Shown piece by piece: positions 26,801-39,366 of a stretch of DNA of 64,000 bases (positions are counted from its first letter, which is position 1; each line of letters starts with the position of its first letter). The position numbers were made by a program, and so were the translations under genes. Where the stretch lies: assembly GCF_006345805.1 (NCBI RefSeq), contig NC_043000.1:84382001-84446000 (forward strand). Reading direction: 5' to 3'. The notes under the pieces were generated by a model. That model did not search any database. It had not been told where the DNA came from and saw nothing but the letters and a program-made list of their open reading frames with translations. The DNA comes from Octopus sinensis. Taxonomy: Eukaryota.

Positions 26801-27680
26801 CTCTGTGACATCAATCACGTATTTGAAATATTCAATTTAACACCTTTATTGATGCACCGCACACTACCACTCAAAGCAATGTTAGGGGCAAGTGATCCTC
26901 TTTTAATTAAGAGGGTAATTTGATAGATGCCTGAGATGACGGCGTCAGAACCTTCTAAATTTCTGCATAGTTTATAGCCACCATTATTTCTCTCTTTGAA
27001 CAATTAATAGACTAACAATGCCTTTTCCTTATTAATCTACCCAATAGCCAATTGCATATCTTCTGTTGCTATTGTAATCCTCACCAATTTGTCAGCTTAA
27101 TCTTGTATAGCCAATATCTCATTATCCATCTATTGTATTCTACAAACTTTTTCCTGGGTAACATTTTCGTTTATCGCACAATCACCTACACAGAAAAATG
27201 GGGAGGCTGTGCTGCTCTGAACAACAGCAGACTTTACCTCAAAAGATTCCTGAAAGATTTATCCACTCTGACCAAGCAAACGATTCATTCACGCGTATTT
27301 GAAATCGTGTCAGTTAATTTTGAAGGTCACCGTACTTTCTCGACTCTGATAATTCCTGCAATATTCATCAAAACCCCACTGGAAATCAACAAAATGCAGA
27401 TATACTAGCAGCCTAATTTTATATGGCTATAGTATGTCACATTTGAAATGTTTCTTCTTAATTACACTGAAGAAAATCATTAACATGGATATTGCTGTTA
27501 TTCCCACTTTTCCGATTCTTACACTAAAGTGAGTATCCCTTCCTGGGTTTTTCATTCAAATTTTTGTAAGTAGAAACAAGGAAAATCTGTCTCCGGATAT
27601 ATGAAAATTTAGACAGATTACTAAATAAATAGATTCCATAACACTATATATAACAGCATTATAAACTTTTGGAATATATG

Positions 27681-28610
27681 TGTTGGGTCATACTATAAAT
27701 AATGCGGCTTTTCTGTACTTCTTTTATTTTACAAAATTAAGATAAGCAAAGTTATTTTTTAAATTTTAAATATGCTCTCCGTCATTTTCTAAAATGTTCT
27801 TCCATCTATCTGACAGATTTACAAGGTCCCTCTTCCAAAATTCACTTGTCATAACTAGAAAATACTCCTCCAGTACTGTTCTTACTGCGTCTACAGAATT
27901 CATATTTTTTCCATCCAAATTATTTTGAAGACTGTGAAATAAATGATAAGCAGATGGAGTAATGTCCGGCGAACATGGTGGGTGGGGCATCGTTTCCCAT
28001 TCAAACTGCTCCAGCCTTTGGAATGTCATCCTCGCTGTATGTGGCCGAGCAATATCCTGATGGAAGAACATATTTCGTCTTGAAACCAAAGGTGATCGTT
28101 TTTCTGCTAGCGCAAGTGTCAATGACTGGTTGAACAATCAAATCCAAGCTTCTCTGCTAGTTACTCAACAGTTACGATAGGATCTTGTTCCACCAAGGTT
28201 TGCAGGACATTCTCGTCAAATTCTACAGATCTTCCAGGACGAGACTCGTCTTCTAGGCTGTAGTTTCTGGCTCGGAATTTCTGGAACCACCGTTGACACT
28301 GGCTTACGCCTATTGTCTGATTCCCATATACTGCATTAATATTCCTCGCACTTTCCGTTGTATTGTGGCCTTTATTGAATTCATAGAGCAAAATATGCCG
28401 AATATGCTCCTTTGTCATTTCCATTATAGCTTGAAAAAATAACTGCTAAAATCGAACAGCATTCTTCAAAATTTGCACTACGAATAAGGACCAGGTAAAA
28501 ATCACTACCTGCTTTTATAGCAAGTTGATGCAGGAAGTTCATCCTATCCACCTTCGACTTTTAGCTCATGCAATTGAAAAAACGGCATTTTTTAATGGGA
28601 TGACGCAATA
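27681..28610 (-). mobile_element. Internally deleted mariner element with both TIRs
   Basis: N-terminal HTH ORF 28161..28424 (HIRHILLYEF..KG..QRWFQKF..LEDESRPGR) abuts C-terminal ORF 27766..28137 (FHQDIARPH..HPPCSPDITPSAYHLF). Imperfect ~32-bp TIRs tgttgggtcatactat... and ...atgggatgacgcaata. Confidence 0.9.
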
Positions 28611-28627
28611 TGTGTGTGTGTATGTGG

Positions 28628-28786
28628 GGGTGAGTGTGGAGGGGCAAGAAGCTTGCTTACCAACCACATGGTTCCAGGTTCAGTCCCACTGCGTGGCACA
28701 TTGGGCGAGTGTCTTCTACTATAGCCTCGGGCCGACCAAAGCCTTGTGAGTGGATCTGGTAAACGGAAGCTGAAAGAAGCCTGTCG
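28628..28786 (+). mobile_element. SINE family A, 5' head
   Basis: aagaagcttgcttaccaaccacatggttccaggttcagtcccactgcgtggcac...gaaagaagcctgtcg. Confidence 0.8.
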
Positions 28787-29190
28787 TATATATATATATA
28801 TGGGGGGGGGGCTATGTATGTTTGTGTATTTTTTCAATGTGTACAAATAACACGGGAAAAATAGATAAATAGTTTCCAAGGTAGCAAAAACTTTGTATAA
28901 GTATCAATTCAATCTGAATCTGAATAGGGATTTCAAACATCAAAACCCTTTCACAAATTATCTCTTCGCATAACAATAAGCTGTTAAATACAAATCCATT
29001 TAATGAAAATAATAGTATTCATATTATTAACACCAGCCACTCTTTGAACAATAATATCAACAATATTAGTTTTTCTGATATAAACTCCAATCGCATTCGT
29101 TTCCTTAGCAGTAATTCAAAGACTACAAACTCTACATTATATACATCATTTACATTTGATGGATATTTGTCCTCACCTTGTTTGTTGTTA

Positions 29191-29234
29191 ACACAACGTT
29201 TCGGCTGATATACCCTCCAGCCTTCATCACGTGT
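29191..29234 (-). ncRNA. Minimal hammerhead-like motif with C3>G, in a PLE-type terminus
   Basis: Reverse complement reads ACAC-GTGATGA-AGGCTG-gagggtatat-CAGCC-GAAACGTT-GTGT. Stems I, II and III all pair; core is GTGATGA rather than CTGATGA. Confidence 0.7.
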
Positions 29235-29312
29235 CTAGGGGAAATTTCGAACCTGGGTTCTCATTCCTAAAGTATGTTACGATGTTGTTATCATCATCAT
29301 CATCATCATCAT

Positions 29313-29356
<44 letters not shown>

Positions 29357-29359
29357 AAA

Positions 29360-29442
<83 letters not shown>

Positions 29443-29445
<3 letters not shown>

Positions 29446-31060
29446 TTCCTTCAAATTTTCTTCCATATCTCGCCGAGTGTTTTCCGTACACCTAGGGCAG
29501 AGAAGCTCATTGTATGCATTCCCAGATTACACATGCAAATTCACAGGTAAAATATGTATTTAAAAAATTAATGAATAAATAAATTAATGAATGGATGTTG
29601 TTTTCACAGCGATAATGCTCTTCTCAATACATGATTCGTTCCTGTAGGGATGGCAAGCCTAGTATCCTTTTCAAATAGGTTTCAGTATCTGTTTTTTTAT
29701 CATTCCTAGAGATCCTACAATCACTGGTACTGTAGTCACCTTGAGATGCCACATTTTTGCAATTTCTATTAGCAAGTCTTTATATTTATTGAACTTGTCA
29801 TATTCCTTCGCCGTTATATTGTGATTGCAAGGAATACTCATGTCAATTAATAAACACGCCTGTTTTGTCTGATCTTTTATAATAATATCCGGTTTATTAG
29901 CTTTTATAGTTTTGTCTGTGTGTACGGGGAAGTCCCAGAGAATCGACACATTTTCTCCCTCAGTCACAGCTTCAGGATGGTGTTTATACCATTTGTCAGC
30001 GATTTTGATTTTATAATGCCGACATATGGTCTAGTGTAAATACTGGCCGACTCTGTCATGTCTTACTTTATATATTTTACAGGTGCTAAGACTCTACACC
30101 CTGAGATTAGGTGGTCTATAGATTCAATCTCATCGTTACAGAATCGGCATTTTAGGTCAGCTCCATTTTTTACCCCATTGGCTTGGTAGTTCCGGTTTAA
30201 TAAGCTTTGGTCTTGAGCAGCTAATATGAAACCTTAACTCTCTGCTTTTAGCCATTTGCTTCGTAACCATTGATGCGCGTGTTTCTGGTCGACTTCAGCT
30301 TGTTTGCTACGGGCTACATACTTGCTATGCAAAGGTTTCTGTTCCCTTCTGCTAGCTAATTTTTCATGTGCTTTTGTCTTTGCAATTAATTTTATTTCTT
30401 TGCAGCTGCAGTTGGCACATTTCCTTCAACCTGATCAATCTGGTAGGTACCTAAGAGATCAGTTCGAATTTTTGCTCTCTTTCAGAATAGAGTGAAGTTT
30501 TTTCGGTCTTTCATGTTTTTCAACAAGTTTTAGCATCCAATCGTTGGTTGTTTCAAGGTATTTGGCCAGTCCAATAGTGGTGGTTTTGTATGTAAGTTGA
30601 AGCTGGATCAAGCTTCGACCTTTGTGAGCTCTGGGAAAGTAAAGACGATCCACGTCTGCCTTTGGATGGTGCATCTTATTATAAGACAGTAGCTTGCGGA
30701 TTTTTCTATCAAATTGCATTATTTCACTGGTATTCCAGTTAAGCACATTGAAGCTATAAAGAACTACTGGCACTGCTAAGGAATTTATGGCTAACACCTT
30801 ATTATAATGCATTTAGCTCAAACTTCAGGACTGCTCGAACTCTTCTATAGCATTCCTTCCTAACCTCTTTCATGCTTGCATGCTGGATACCAGAGCCTTC
30901 ATTTATTCCTAGGTATTTATAGGTTTGTTCCTGCTCAAGTTCCTTTATTACTGTTTCGACATCCAATTCGATTGAACTTGACTCTACCAATTTCCCTCTC
31001 TTAAGAGTGGCTTTGGCACTATTTTCGAGGCTAAAGTCAATACCGATATCATCACTGAAG
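29443..31060 (-). mobile_element. 5'-truncated R4/Dong-clade non-LTR retrotransposon with restriction-like endonuclease
   Basis: RT end (YKYLG; HPKADVDRLY), Cys/His knuckle region and ILWDFPVHTD..ANKPDIIIKD...LIDMSIP (PD..D motif) across ORFs 30802..31119, 30459..30812 and 29671..29967. 3' UTR runs into an (AAC)n(AAT)n(GAT)n tail. Confidence 0.9.
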
Positions 31061-32268
31061 TTACCATATAAATAAAATATATTAACCACGTAAAAAATTA
31101 GACTATTCCCATCATACACTCACTTCTGGCTTCTCTTGATTTATTATTATTCACTTCCCTTACACGGCAATTATAAATATTAGAAAATACCTTTTAATAA
31201 CTTTTAAATGTTAATAAGAATTATTTCCCCAACACAATAGCTCTCAGTGTTGGATTATACGATTGTTGGTAGCCATGTTTAATTCTTGGAGAGAAAATTA
31301 CCAGACAAATAAGTTAACATTTCTTTTTTATACTTTTATTCCACATTTCTGTTCATTATTTACTAAAGTAAAATTATTCCAACAACTTCTAGTTATATAA
31401 TTTTAGTTTGTCATCTCTTTATATAGGATGTAAATAGCCAAATTATGTTCATATAATCTATACTTGAAGATTGGCAATATAATTGTTTTGATATGGTATT
31501 GTATTTCAAGACCTTCTATTTCAGCAATATCGAGGTATATGCTGTCAAGAAACACGCGTAGTCTATATAATGTAAAGTATATGTTTTGGAATAAGAAGTG
31601 AAGGTATTAATTTTGATGATTTTAATAGTTAGTCCTATATGTACCTATCGTGGATAATGTCGTTCAATTATGATTGAGTTGCTTGAGGGTGATTCTGTCT
31701 CATAAACCTATATATATATATATGCGTGTTTGACTATGTGCGTGTGTGTGTATTTATATTCATATCGGTATGTGTGTATATGAGTGTCTAGCTTATGTTA
31801 ACAAAAATGTAATATATCAGCAATACACCGATAAAATTCTCAAAATCTACTTATTGTGAACTATATTGTCGAAAAGATGTTAATTTAAACTCAAGTATTT
31901 AATTCAATTTGTTTATTGCGTTATATAACAACTCTTATCCTATATTTATATTTCTAAATAGCAACCTTAATTATTTCCTTTTAATTCAGTTTACTTTGAT
32001 GCCTAAACGATCTTCAGTAAATTTCGCTCTGGTTCTGCTCTTAGAATTTCCATTTTATTACTTGGAGTTAATCTTGATAAAGCATCGGAAGCAGAGCATA
32101 TCAATTTATATCAATTAAATGTAGTCGCACGATCATAAGCTTATGTATATATATATATATATGCGTATATATGTGTTTGTGTGCAGGTGCATGTGCGTGT
32201 GTATGTTTATTAATGCATATGTATGTATACCCACACATATATAATGTATGTATGAATGTGTGTATATA

Positions 32269-32309
<41 letters not shown>

Positions 32310-32389
32310 TATATATATACACACATATATACACATATATACGTATGGATGTGGGAATGAATATCTGAGTGTGTGTGTGTGCGTATATG

Positions 32390-32468
<79 letters not shown>

Positions 32469-32479
32469 ATATATATATC

Positions 32480-32760
32480 CCTCTTGTAAGCTGTTCTTAA
32501 CATGTTTTTATTATCAAGGAATGTATATGTATATAGTAATATTTTGTGACAACCAGTACCTGGCACAACTAAGCTTTTGTGGCCAATATTTTGATGAACT
32601 TGTTAAACTTTTTTTTATATTTTCCCATGATTTTCCCTTGTAAACTGTTCTTAACATGTTCTTGTTATCAAAGAATGTAAATATGTATTGTAGTATTTAG
32701 TGACAACCAGTTACTAACACAACTAAGCTTTTACATGTTACTTTTGACAAACTTTTTATA
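32480..32760. repeat. Degenerate tandem duplication, ~155-bp period
   Basis: cttgtaa(g/a)ctgttcttaacatgtt...gtgacaaccagt...cacaactaagctttt occurs twice. Confidence 0.75.
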
Positions 32761-33394
32761 AAAAGTGAAACCGGTAAAGTAAACAAACATCTTTTAAAAT
32801 TGCATTTTCAAACCTTCTTTCATATATATATATAGGTATATATTTCATCTTTTCTTTTGCATTACTTTCCAATTGTAATAGAACTAAAACGAACCAAGCA
32901 TCTTTTCAATTATTTCTCCATCTTCTTTAATTGTCGTTTTAATTTTATGAGACTATGTATGTGTGTGTGTGTGTGTGCGTTCGTGTGTGTGTATGTATAA
33001 TAATTTATATAATATAAATTACATAAATAATATATATATATATATGTATATATATATGCATATATAGGTACAGGACGTCACCAACTGTAAAGAACCTGAA
33101 GTACGAAAACAAGCGAGTTAAATACGCAACTCTGAGAGAAAAATTTGAAAACAAGACAAGTAACACAAAGAACGACCCTTCATCAGTTGTCGGCTGTCTA
33201 TCTAATCTACATTTCGAGCATTCAGTGACATTATGAGTTTTCGAAGACAGCTGCTCCTATAACTTCCAAAATAAATTTTTGATTTTATAGAGGGTCCAAG
33301 TTGGGAACAAAAACAGGACATATAAGGAAACCGAACGAAAACAAACATGGGGGATCGTTAGACAAGAAAGTACGTCCTGGAATCATATATATAT

Positions 33395-34400
33395 ACAAAA
33401 TAAAAAATGGAGGAATAGATTCTTTTCAATCATCAACTTCCAGATAATACCAATTCATATAATTTATTAACTAATTATTTAGATTAAATAGGAACATCCA
33501 AATCACTGTCATCTCCCATATGCATCTGTTTATATATTATGTTACACTATATTATATATTGTATATTTAATATGTAATATAATATATTATATTTTATTAT
33601 GTTGTGTTACACTGTATTATATTATACAATATTTTATGTGGTATTTTTCATCTACTATGTATTGTGAATAGCAGAATGCACATATTCCTTTATTGGTATT
33701 ATTATTAATAATAATAATAATAATATTAATAGTTTTTAGTAATGTAATGCAATGAACTTTGGACTGTGTATATGTACACTTTGATGTGGATATATATATG
33801 TATATTCGAGTATATAGATATGATTAACTGTAACCTTATGTGTATGTATATTATTAGGTATATACTTATATATGTGTATATGTAGGTGTATATACACTTA
33901 TATGTATATGTATATATGTATATATGCATATTCTTGTATATATGTACCTTGTTTAATATTCACATTTGCATTTTATATCTTCATTTTATATCTTTATAAT
34001 CTCTGACGAGGCCTTGAGATATATATATAACTCATTTTTAACTGCATATTACCTCAATACATCTGACTAATAGGAGCATAATAAGATACTCTTATTTGCA
34101 GGCTGAAACAGCTATAAGATCTATTTTATATGTATTATTCTTATGGTATTATGGTATTATCTTACTTATAGATGTACATTGTTTCATTCTGTCTTATTCT
34201 GTTGGATTTGGATCTTCCTATTTAATCTAAATAATTAGTTAATAAATTATATGAATTGGTATTATCTGGAAGTTGATGATTGAAAGAAATATATTCCTCC
34301 ATTTTCTTATTTTGTATTATGAATTTGAGGTAAAACATTTTACCTTCGCCCATATAATACAATAAATGAATTAATTGCATTGCAATTCTTAACATTTATG
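33395..34400 (+). mobile_element. PLE terminal fragment: HHR plus tail, with an inverted copy of the tail upstream
   Basis: 33395-33505 is the near-identical reverse complement of about 34200-34310; the HHR at 34003 lies between them. Confidence 0.65.
33999..34120 (+). ncRNA. Type I hammerhead ribozyme, probably degenerate
   Basis: ATCT-CTGACGA-GGCCT...AGGCT-GAAACAGCTATA-AGAT. Stems I and II pair; stem III has a C-A mismatch (CTAT instead of CTGT). Confidence 0.7.
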
Positions 34401-34489
34401 TATTAGCCTTCTGGGTACTTTACTGGCAGTATATTGGATAAATGATATCCCACAGTGGGTTACACTCATAACCCCTATCTCACTTTGTA

Positions 34490-34549
<60 letters not shown>

Positions 34550-34927
34550 GTGTGTGTGTGTGTTATTTACATTATTATTTAATTGAATTCCACGCATCCA
34601 TTTCCAAGTAAATTTATCTTAACCTTTTGATGCAACTCGACTCTAAACTGTGTTCTCCCCATTCTTCTCTGATTCCCTTTTTCTCCGCTTCACTGTTTTC
34701 TATCTCTCTCTCTCTCATTGCTTACACGTGCCCATGTTTCTTTTCCTACAGGACTAGACGTCTTCTGTCTCCCTTCTCTCTTTTATCTTTTCTCTTTTCA
34801 AAGAAAATATTTCTTCCAGCATTCACTATTTTCCCCCTCGTTCTGGTCTAAAGACCTTCCATATTTGTTTTCGTTCGGTTTACTTGTATGTCTCCATGTA
34901 TGCATATATACATATATATATGTATGT

Positions 34928-34958
<31 letters not shown>

Positions 34959-35325
34959 ATTATGATAATATAAATACATTTATACATATATGGGTACAGG
35001 ACGTCGCCAACTGTGTAAACAACATGAAATACGTAAAGAAACGAGTTAAATACGCAAAGAACGAGAGAAAAAAATGGAAAATCGGACAAATAACACAAAG
35101 AACGACCCTTCAGTTGTCGGGTGTCTATATACTCCTCATTTCGAACATTCAATGACAACATGTGTCTCCGAAGACAGTTACTCCTATAAATTTTAAAGTA
35201 ATATATATATATGTGTGTGTGTATGTGTGTGTACTCTTCTGTCCCTTTGCTTCTACTTCTCTCTCTTCTCTTCCCACGTGACCGATCGGCCAAGCCTGCT
35301 CTTTCTTTCTTGGTCAACATCGATA

Positions 35326-35476
35326 TTACAGGTACTACTCATTTTTGCCAGCTGAGTGGACTGGAGCAACGTGAAATAAAGGGTCTTGCTCAAGGACACA
35401 ACGCGCCGCCGGGAATTGAACTCATGACCTTACGATCATGAGTCGAATGCCCCTAACCGCTAAGCCACGCGCCTTC
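35326..35476 (-). mobile_element. tRNA-derived SINE, family C head
   Basis: Minus strand A-box tggcttagcggttagg and B-box gagttcaattccc, then gtgtccttgagcaagac...gctccagtccactcagctgg; related pieces near 8190-8280 and 52150-52290. Confidence 0.75.
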
Positions 35477-37493
35477 TTTGCCATTCTTAATGAGCATCAG
35501 AACGCTAATACACATTAGCCAATGACAAATACTCATACATATACTTCTAATTTGCTTGTTCATACTAACTGAAGCAAATATTGTAAAACTAACTTGTTAA
35601 TTGTTTTTCATGCGTATGGCACATAACCCTAACTCAACTAAAGATCATTCAAACTTGTTAAAGTTGTAGTTTATTATCATAGGAATCTCCAGTCTTCACA
35701 CTTCCTGCCACTCTATACTCAACAACCATTAAAATAAGCACTTCAACGACACCCAGTTTCGTCAAGTAATTTATGGATGTTGTAGCTTCATAGATATTTT
35801 CGTTCCCACTTACAATTTTATTTTTTCCAAAATATATTATACAAAATTTATCTTTAGTACTTGAAGGCAAGTGGAAATGTTTAGGATATGAATAAGGTTG
35901 TTTCTCTGGGCGTTATCATTTGATATTTTTAATACATTTCAGGTGAATACAATAAGACTAGTAAGTTAAATCTTAAGATCGCAACTCTGAGGTACGCAAA
36001 AACCTAAGGCATACAGTATATAAGATTTGAAAACGATAGTTAATAGATGTAAGTTATTCGTTGATGTTACTAATAATCTTATATCAAGTATCATTTTAAA
36101 CAAGATTATAGTGCAAAAATGATTAATTAAACATTTTAATTGTAACCGTAATTTATATATTAGTATATAATAGTACATTAAGTTAGTCTGGAGTTACTTC
36201 AAGCTTGCAATTAAATAATAAATTAGAAGTTTATGATTGGTAATAAATTGTTGCCAATGTTTGATATGCAATAGGTCTCTTGAGGTTAATTAAAGGATAT
36301 ATGTTTGAGTCGAGATCTAAAACGTTGTTCAGTGGTATTTGTCTCTCTCCTTCCTGTAGGCTAGTGGTTGACCACATTCGCTTCGGTGTCTTATATTCTT
36401 TCATGAATTCTGGTTCGAAGAATAGTCCTTTTTTTACACGCTAAAGTTTGAAGGGGCCAGACGTATGAAATTTTCTCCCTTTCATGAATGACTGGGATTT
36501 ATTTTGGGCATAATGACTTTTTATCTATGAGTTTGGTGTGAGCCAGCATATATGTGTACGTGAAAGTGATGGCATACATATGCGTGTGTAGGTTTATTGT
36601 GCATGGGTGCGCCTGTCTAGCTTTATTTCATGTAGTAGCGTCTGAGAGTGTGCCATTTACAATCAGCTTTATATCTGGAATATTTGTTTCACTTTCTTAT
36701 CGTTTCATCTTTCCACTTTCCTCTCAGCCACCTTGCATTACCTTCTTTAAGTAATTAACATTCCGTCTACTATTCTAACTTTTGCATTGTGCTGCCGTTC
36801 AACAGCTTTATAAATATATAGGGAAAATACTAATCACTCAAGAACTATTCGAAGTCACCCATAAATCTATTTATGCAGATAAGGAAATGACATACATGAA
36901 ACTATATCTCACTCTACCTTGCTGTAGTTATTTGCAGAAAAAGCAGACGATTGGTTACTTGATCAGCTCCTATTTCCACTCCCCTTACGATTGCTGAAAT
37001 GTAGTAATGTTTTTCCTGGTTTGTCTTGGCGAAATCATCAGACAGGTGAGAAGTACCTGAAGAGAAATAAGACCCAATAATAAGTAGCATCTTAATGTAA
37101 CGTAATATGCATCCGTGCTCCTTTTGAAACACGTGCAGTATATAACTTTCTTGTTCATTCCTTTCATTCATAGACTTAATTACCCCATAATAAGCAAACT
37201 TTATTGCTATGTATTGTAGTTGTATGGTAGCAAGTGGGTCGGACACATTGATTAATAAACTTCATTGATTGACCGCTGCATCATCTTGTATTACTCTTGT
37301 ATACAAGTTTGTTCATACTTGAGGCTAATAAGCAATTTTTATCATGATACATTTACTTTTCCTGTTTTCCATTTTTCTCTCGTTGTTTGCGTATTTAACT
37401 CGTTTGTTTTCGTATTTCATGTTGTTTATACAGATAGTGATGTCCTGTACCCATATATGCATATATATATATATAATATATATATATATATAG

Positions 37494-37588
<95 letters not shown>

Positions 37589-37603
37589 GTATGTATGTAT
37601 GTA

Positions 37604-37634
<31 letters not shown>

Positions 37635-37739
37635 ATATATATATATATTATTTATATTATTTAATTGAACACCACACATCCATTTCCAAGTGAGTTTATC
37701 TTAATCTTTTTTATGCTACTCTACTCTATACTCTTAGAA

Positions 37740-38340
37740 TACTGTTCCCAACTATGACCACCGCACAATATAAAATTAACGGTGGAACTCGAAGCAATCC
37801 AACGAAGTTACACAAGAAAAATCGTGTGAATGCAACGTGTCAGCTACTGTGAGAGACGGAAAGTATGAAAACTCTTCTCACAAGAATGAAGGCATGAAAG
37901 ATATGCAGTGATATACATCTGGAAAATTTTAGAAGGCCTTGTACCAAACTCTGGCATTGAAAGTTACACAAACAGCAGAACGGGGCGCCACTGCATAGTG
38001 CCAAAGCCCCTTAACATCTCCATCAAAATACAAGTCCAGATACTGCGACAGCTTGGGTTTCAAAAGCACACAGCTCTTCAGTATCCTTCCAAACTGCCTG
38101 GGAGACCTGCATGGTCTGAATGTAGGTGTCTTCAAAACAAAACTGGATCTCTTCTTGTCAAGGGTACCAGATGAGCAAACCTCACGGCAGGACACGGTTA
38201 AGGGCAACGGCACTAAACTCCTTCATTCACCAAATGCCACATATGAAAGGAGGCTTCAAATAATGTTGTAGCACAGTTACGGTGGTGTCCCAGCATGGCT
38301 GCAGCTTCGAAGCTTAAACAATTTAAAGATTAAAGATTAA
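37740..38340 (+). mobile_element. CR1-clade LINE 3' fragment with 3' tail
   Basis: LEAIQRSYT..., ERYAVIYIWKILEGLVPN, LFSILPNCL..L..LNVGVFKTKLDLFLSRVPDE; tail ggtggtgtcccagcatggctgcagc...taaagattaaagattaa. Confidence 0.8.
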
Positions 38341-38455
38341 AAATAAAGATATATACACACACACACACACACACACGCACACACACACACACACACACAC
38401 AGATTAGAAGCGCTAAGCAGTGATGTGCGTAAATGTGGACTTCTAACCAGTTCAA

Positions 38456-38490
<35 letters not shown>

Positions 38491-39126
38491 TGTATGTATG
38501 TATGCATGCATGTATGTATGTATGTATGTATGTATGTATGTATGTATGTATGTATGTATGTATGTATGTATGCATGTATGTATGTATGTATGTATGTATG
38601 CATGTATGTATGTATGTTTCTATCGATGTGTGCGAATGAATTCGTTTAATTCTGTATTTTAATAGTTCAGTAATTAAATATAGCAATGACTACTAAAGAA
38701 TTTTAAGAAATACTAAATTTTACGTTCTTTTACCCAATAAAAGCAGAAAAACATATAGAGAATGTATTTGTATTCATCTCGGATCTTCAACTAAATACAT
38801 TTAATATATATTATCTTTTTATAAATCTTCCTTTCAATTTTGACAACCGAAATTAAAAGAAAAAGACTATTATGTTTTTCTTGCACTGGAAGTGCTTTCA
38901 AAATGACATATATGAAATGCACGCGCATGCGCACACAAAAACATACAAATTACATATACACAGATACATATACATTCACAAGTAGACAAAAATACACATA
39001 AAGGCAAATAAAACTGAAACACAAAGAAAAATATCGATATGATGCAAGTTTTTATGCGTGAACTTTTCTGTAAGTACATATACATGTACGTTTAATGCAT
39101 ATGAATATACCGATAATAGATATATA

Positions 39127-39172
<46 letters not shown>

Positions 39173-39366
39173 CGTGTATGTGTATAGGTAAAAAAAGTTT
39201 GATTCAGACTCAGTACTCTTAGTTTCAAGTGTGACACCCATGAATTTGTATGTAAAATACACTATATATATATATGTGTGTGTGTGTGTATGTGTGCCCA
39301 TAAATCCATATACACAAATACTTAAACACCCACATATGTATATGTTCCTATATATAGAAACATATA

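Noticed and set aside
35400-35476. tRNA gene
   Set aside because: The tRNA-like head continues into a SINE body seen elsewhere; no full acceptor stem or poly-T terminator.
36230-36760. Possible further GIY-YIG remnant on the minus strand (TNTTEQRFRSRLKHISFN)
   Set aside because: Similarity too weak; no YIG or Cys motifs recovered.
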